Both the position numbers and the translations under genes were made by a program. DNA of 64,000 nucleotides from Vulcanimicrobiota bacterium (GTDB taxonomy: Bacteria > Vulcanimicrobiota > Xenobia > Xenobiales > JADMJV01), in NCBI GenBank assembly GCA_050250895.1, contig JBFWNU010000001.1, forward strand, positions 2,756,891 to 2,820,890, in the 5' to 3' direction. Positions 59,630-64,000 of this stretch are shown one piece after another. Every line of letters starts with the position of its first letter. Positions within the stretch are counted from its first letter, which is position 1. A model generated the notes under the pieces. The model did not search any database. It worked only from the letters and a program-made list of their open reading frames with translations, and was not told the origin of the DNA.

Positions 59630-60244
59630 CTACTCGCCGCCGCCGCCGTCGCCCCCGCCGCCATCACCACCGCCGTCGCCGCCCCCGCAACCGCCACCAT
59701 CGCCGCCCCCGCCCCCGCCATCGCCACCGCCGTCGCCGCCGCAGCCGCCAGCGTCTCCGCCACACGAGCCGGCATCGCCGCAGCTACCGGCGTCGGCTCC
59801 GCAGGCCCCAGCATCCGAACTGCTGTCATTGCCGCAAGCGTCGGCCGAGGCCTCGCCACAAGCATCGGCAGACGCTTCCCCGCAGGCATCGGCCGAGGCT
59901 TCACCGCAGGCGTCAGCCGAAGCCTCACCACAGGACGCTTCGGCTCCGCAGGCCTCGCCTCCGCCGCCTTCGCTGCCGTTTACCGACGCCTGGCCACAGG
60001 CCTGGGCCCCGAGAAAGCCCAGCATGCCGCTGGCCGAAAGGCTGGCCTCGGCACAACCGTTGAAGCCCGCCTGGCCACCGTTGCCAAACCCCGCATAACT
60101 CGAGGTGCAGGTGTTGCCGTTGACCATCGACGAGATGGTCGAAAGCTGGGCTAACAGGACGCCCATCTGCGAGGTGTTCAGGCAGGGTTGGGCGGCCGGC
60201 AGACCCTGTAGACAAAATTGGGCTTGAAAAGAGATTGTAGCCAT
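59630..60244 (-). CDS. Cys/Gly/Asp-rich repeat protein (204 aa)
   Basis: GGAGG SD; (CGEASADA)x4 with synonymous codon variation between copies. Confidence 0.8.
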   Translation of the reverse strand: MATISFQAQFCLQGLPAAQPCLNTSQMGVLLAQLSTISSMVNGNTCTSSYAGFGNGGQAGFNGCAEASLSASGMLGFLGAQACGQASVNGSEGGGGEACGAEASCGEASADACGEASADACGEASADACGEASADACGNDSSSDAGACGADAGSCGDAGSCGGDAGGCGGDGGGDGGGGGGDGGGCGGGDGGGDGGGGDGGGGE

Positions 60245-60429
60245 CAGAGAACCTCCAGGTTGATTTGAGCCCAGTCTAGGGTCTTGCAATGGCGGAAAGC
60301 TTGGAAAAACGAAACTTTGTTATGAACGATCTGTAACAAGATATCCGATGGGATGCCCGGGGGGTATCCCCACGGATAAGCACCACGTTTTTCGGAGGTT
60401 CTCCACTTCGACTTCGCAAATCTCTCCGG

Positions 60430-60837
60430 GTGGAGTTTGCTCGAGCCGTGCGGGGCAGCTTGTTGATCGAGATCCTCATCGGTCTGGCTGTCTTTGCCGG
60501 GGGGGTCTTGCTGGCTTTGAGCGTCTTTCCCACCAGTGGTCGCGCCCTCGAGCAGTCCGAGAACCGCACCCTGGCTATCAACCTGGCCCGTCGTGTGCTC
60601 GAGAGCCAGCGGGCGCTCACCTTTGATGGTGTTGCCCTGGGCCTGCAAGCAGACCAGACCGTCAAGCTGACCGGGGTGTCCAAGGGGGCCACTACCAACC
60701 AGGAATTCATCTACGCTGTCGATGTCACCGAGCCAACCCCCGGTCGAAAGCTTAAGAGCGTGCGAGTCGAGGTGCGCTGGCGGCATGGCAGCGCCGCCCG
60801 CAAGGTCGAACTGCAGACCTACATGGCGCCCTTATGA
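60430..60837 (+). CDS. Type IV minor pilin (PilV-like)
   Basis: RG|SLLIEILIGLAVF and VRVEVRW motifs. Confidence 0.8.
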   Translation: MEFARAVRGSLLIEILIGLAVFAGGVLLALSVFPTSGRALEQSENRTLAINLARRVLESQRALTFDGVALGLQADQTVKLTGVSKGATTNQEFIYAVDVTEPTPGRKLKSVRVEVRWRHGSAARKVELQTYMAPL

Positions 60838-61427
60838 GACATTCCCGAGGCTTTAGCCTGATCGAAGCCTTCCTGGCGCTCTTTCTGCTGATGGTCCTGT
60901 TGAGCGGTCTTTACGCCGTGATGCTCAGTGGACTCGACAGCATCCGCCAGGCCAGGGCCTTCGCGGCCGCCCAGCAGCAGGCGTTGCAGGGTATGGCGAG
61001 CGTTCTGACCGAGTTCTCGAATAGCACTCCGGCTTCGGTGACCCTGGCTCCCGAGCACGTCATCTTCCTTTCGCCCGAACCTCCTCTGCCCACCGGAGGC
61101 GCCTTCGTCTTCTCCCCGGCGGGAAAGCTGATGTGGCAAAAGTGGGTCTGCTTCTACCGCGATGGCGCTGCCAAGCAACTGGTGCGAGCCGAAATCCCCC
61201 TGTCGGCAGCGATCGACGAAGCGGTGCCGTCGCCTCCGGTGCCGAGCCTGGCCGACTTTCAGGCGGCCGCCCAGCGCCAGACGGTGGCTCGCAACATCTC
61301 GGCCGCCAGCTTTGCCAACGAGGCCTTTCCCGATTGCTTTCTGGTGCGCATTGAAGCGGCCGAACAGGTTACTTCTGAACAGATTACCGAGGTTCACCTC
61401 GAGAGCACCGTGAGGATGGTGAATTAG
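60834..61427 (+). CDS. Type IV minor pilin (PilW-like)
   Basis: RG|FSLIEAFLALFLL motif. Confidence 0.85.
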   Translation: MRHSRGFSLIEAFLALFLLMVLLSGLYAVMLSGLDSIRQARAFAAAQQQALQGMASVLTEFSNSTPASVTLAPEHVIFLSPEPPLPTGGAFVFSPAGKLMWQKWVCFYRDGAAKQLVRAEIPLSAAIDEAVPSPPVPSLADFQAAAQRQTVARNISAASFANEAFPDCFLVRIEAAEQVTSEQITEVHLESTVRMVN

Positions 61428-62623
61428 TGAAACGTCGTGGTGTTGCGCTGGTGGTAGTGATGTCGGTGCTGGCCCTGGTCTTGATGATCGGCGTGGCCGC
61501 CACCACCCTCAGCAGTTCGCAGCTGACCATCTCGGATTCGTTGGTGAATAGTCAGCAGGCGCTCTACGCGGCCGAAGCGGGCCTGGCCGACGGATTGGTG
61601 GCGCTGACCGAAGATGTCGACTTCGACGGCTATCCCGACCCCGTCAAGCTGAGCGGTGGGACAGCTTCTTACACGGTCCAGGTCTTCGACAACCGCGACG
61701 GCAGTCTGGCCGGACCTCTCCCCAACGGCATCGACGTGCCTGCCGGGCTGGTCTACGTTTTGGCCACCGGGTTCGCCGACAATGGGGTCGAGCGTCGTAT
61801 GGGCGGGCTGATCCGGCTCTCGGCCAGCGAAGCGCTCCAGGGCGCCGTGGCCGACCAGTTCAGTCTCAGTCTCGGGTCCTACATCGACTCCTACGACTCA
61901 TCCGCCGGTCCCTACAACCCTTCTGACCCCACCAACAAAACCGGGGGCGACATCGCCATCAATAGCGATTCGGGCTACGCCAATCTGTCGGGCAATTCCC
62001 ACATCTACGGAACCGTCTATCTTCACCCGGCCCTCACTCCCAGTGCCATTAGCACCTTGGACACCAGTACTTACCTCGATGACGATCGTCTGGAGGCCGC
62101 CTTGCCGGATGAGCCGGTGATCTTTCCTACCATGACCGGGCCGCGTCCCAACGTGCTTCTGCTGGCCGGCTTCACCAAGGTTCTGGCGCCTGGCCCTTAC
62201 AATTCGGTCACCCTCGGATTAGGCTCGACCCTGGTGCTACAAAAGGGCGACTACGTCTTTCGCGATCTGGACATGCTGCTCAACGCTCAGATCTTCATCG
62301 CCGAAGGACCGGTCAACATTTACATCCAGAACAGTTTCACCACGGTGGCCGCCGGCCTGGTCAACACCACCGGGATTCCTTCGCAGCTCAATATTCACTA
62401 TCGCTCGGCCGGCAACGTCACCATCGCCGGAGGCAGTTCGGCCTATTTCACCATGGACGGTCGATTAGCCAACATCACCGTGTTGGGCGGGGATGCCTAC
62501 GGCCAGATCCTGGCCAAAAAGGTGACCCTGAGCGCCTCCCGTTTTCACTTCGACCGGGCTCTGGGTGGGGCGGGCAGCACGAGCGGCAGCACCGTCGAGG
62601 TGCTGGGGAGACAACGCTTCTAG
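61427..62623 (+). CDS. PilX-like minor pilin with C-terminal beta-rich domain
   Basis: RRG|VALVVVM..QALYAAEAGL and IDSYDS motifs. Confidence 0.85.
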   Translation: MKRRGVALVVVMSVLALVLMIGVAATTLSSSQLTISDSLVNSQQALYAAEAGLADGLVALTEDVDFDGYPDPVKLSGGTASYTVQVFDNRDGSLAGPLPNGIDVPAGLVYVLATGFADNGVERRMGGLIRLSASEALQGAVADQFSLSLGSYIDSYDSSAGPYNPSDPTNKTGGDIAINSDSGYANLSGNSHIYGTVYLHPALTPSAISTLDTSTYLDDDRLEAALPDEPVIFPTMTGPRPNVLLLAGFTKVLAPGPYNSVTLGLGSTLVLQKGDYVFRDLDMLLNAQIFIAEGPVNIYIQNSFTTVAAGLVNTTGIPSQLNIHYRSAGNVTIAGGSSAYFTMDGRLANITVLGGDAYGQILAKKVTLSASRFHFDRALGGAGSTSGSTVEVLGRQRF

Positions 62624-63837
62624 TGGAGATGTATCGATTCAAAGCCAAGGATGCCGAGGGCGAGGAGGTCATCGGCACCATCCGCGCCCACACCGAGAAG
62701 GCGGCCGCCAAGAAGCTGCGCAACACCTACTCTGCCCTGATCTCGCTCGAGGTGGTCGACGAGTCGACCATGCTCGAGCACCTGCCGCGGGTGCGCTATC
62801 AAGACCTCTCGGTGGCCACCCGCCAGATCGGGGTCTGCATCCGCGCGGGCATTCCCGTCCATAACGCGTTCCGTTTCGTCATGCAGGGGGCCGAGAGCCC
62901 GGGCCTACGGTTGGTGCTGGCCAGTGTGCTCGAGCGCATCGAGGCCGGCATGACCATCTCCAAGAGTTTGGCGGTTCACAAGCGGACCTTCAGTCCGACC
63001 TATGTGGCCCTGGTCAAAGCCGGCGAGACCTCGGGCAAGCTGGGCGAGTCCTTCGATCGCCTGGCCGACCTGACCGAGCGCAGCATTCGCCTCCAGAAAC
63101 AGGTCACTTCCTCTTTGACCTACCCGGCCATCGTCTGTATGTTCGCCCTGAGCATGGCCGCGATGTTCGTCTATTTCATTTTGCCGATGATGCTGCCGAT
63201 GTTCACCCAGCTCAAGGTCGAATTGCCACTGCCCACCAGGATACTGCTCTGGATCGGCTGGGTGGCCAGCCAGCCGTTGCTCATGCTGCCGGCGGTGGTG
63301 GGCGCGGTGCTCGCCATCGTGGCCGTCGTTCGGGCCGTGCGCAAGGCCGACGCCAACCCCGCCTTTCGCCGCTGGCTCGACACCAGGGCTCTGAAGCTGC
63401 CCGTGTTCGGCTTGCTCCTCGAAAGGGCCGTCTGGACCCGCATGCTATTCACTCTGGCTACCCTACTCGACGCTGGCATTACCATGGAGCCGGCCATGGC
63501 CGTGACCGAGGCGGTGGCCGGCAACTGCGTGGTGGCTGACAAGCTCAAAGCTGCCCGCGACCAGATGGTCGAGGGCGCTGGCGTCTTCGATGCTCTCTCG
63601 GCTCACGAGGTATTCGACAAGACCATCCTGCAGATGATCCATGTGGGCGAGGAGTCGGGTCAAATCGACGACATGATGGCACGCATCGCGTCCCTCTACG
63701 AAGAAGACGTGGCCCATCGCCTCGAGGGCCTGACCGCCATGCTCGAGCCCTTGCTCATGGGTGTGATGGGGCTGGCCGTGGGCTTTCTCACCCTGGCTTC
63801 GTTTTTGCCTATGGCCAGCCTGCTCAAAGACTTCTAA
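62623..63837 (+). CDS. pilC: Type IV pilus/T2SS platform protein PilC/GspF
   Basis: AGETSGKL, LTYP, LPLPTR, VGEESG and LEP motifs. Confidence 0.93.
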   Translation: MEMYRFKAKDAEGEEVIGTIRAHTEKAAAKKLRNTYSALISLEVVDESTMLEHLPRVRYQDLSVATRQIGVCIRAGIPVHNAFRFVMQGAESPGLRLVLASVLERIEAGMTISKSLAVHKRTFSPTYVALVKAGETSGKLGESFDRLADLTERSIRLQKQVTSSLTYPAIVCMFALSMAAMFVYFILPMMLPMFTQLKVELPLPTRILLWIGWVASQPLLMLPAVVGAVLAIVAVVRAVRKADANPAFRRWLDTRALKLPVFGLLLERAVWTRMLFTLATLLDAGITMEPAMAVTEAVAGNCVVADKLKAARDQMVEGAGVFDALSAHEVFDKTILQMIHVGEESGQIDDMMARIASLYEEDVAHRLEGLTAMLEPLLMGVMGLAVGFLTLASFLPMASLLKDF

Positions 63838-63852
63838 GCCGCCGCCACAAAA

Positions 63853-63883
63853 AGAAGAGCCCCACCGCAGCGGGGCTCTTCTT
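63853..63883. terminator. Bidirectional intrinsic terminator
   Basis: AAGAAGAGCCCC..GGGGCTCTTCTT between convergent genes. Confidence 0.8.
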
Positions 63884-63889
63884 AGACGT

Positions 63890-64000
63890 TTACCAGCAGG
63901 GAGTGGGCTCCCAGCGTTCGGGAGTGCGCCACAGGCGGCTGACCTGCAGCTCGCGCTCCCACAGCAAGTCGGGCGGCAGCTTGTCGCGCAGCTTGAGGAA
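63890..64000 (-). CDS. 3' end of an unidentified CDS (partial)
   Basis: ..FLKLRDKLPPDLLWERELQVSRLWRTPERWEPTPCW* ends at the terminator. Confidence 0.6.
   Translation of the reverse strand, partial: FLKLRDKLPPDLLWERELQVSRLWRTPERWEPTPCW

Noticed and set aside
1-64000. tRNA, rRNA, transposase, integrase or defence genes
   Set aside because: No recognisable motifs found by eye; dedicated scans were not run.

Overview
A GC-rich bacterial chromosomal window, densely coding, with no rRNA, tRNA, CRISPR-cas, transposase or prophage detectable. The gene style suggests an uncultured Eremiobacterota/Vulcanimicrobiota-like lineage, but this is an unverified impression. Recognisable genes: hflX, an RlmD/TrmA-family methyltransferase, nagZ-like GH3, Mn-type sodA, copA, trmJ-like, tsaE-tsaB-rimI-tsaD, mscL, a REC-PAS-GGDEF-EAL protein with a histidine kinase, three PilZ proteins, a 4-EF-hand protein, a 4-FHA protein, and two minor-pilin cassettes (one with pilC). 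Most notable observations: (1) an ORF missed by the track at the left edge, with a NuoI-like N-terminus fused to a GltD-like Fe-S/FAD module; (2) two bipartite intergenic arrays in which a GGAG-ending purine linker precedes each of several interchangeable GC hairpins; (3) a 2757-aa periodic coiled coil close to a 2414-aa pure-TPR solenoid; (4) apparently non-canonical start codons in hflX (ATC), tsaD (CTG) and trmJ (CTG); (5) a 204-aa Cys/Gly/acidic repeat protein with no basic residues. All functional calls come from motif recognition by eye; no database searches were run.
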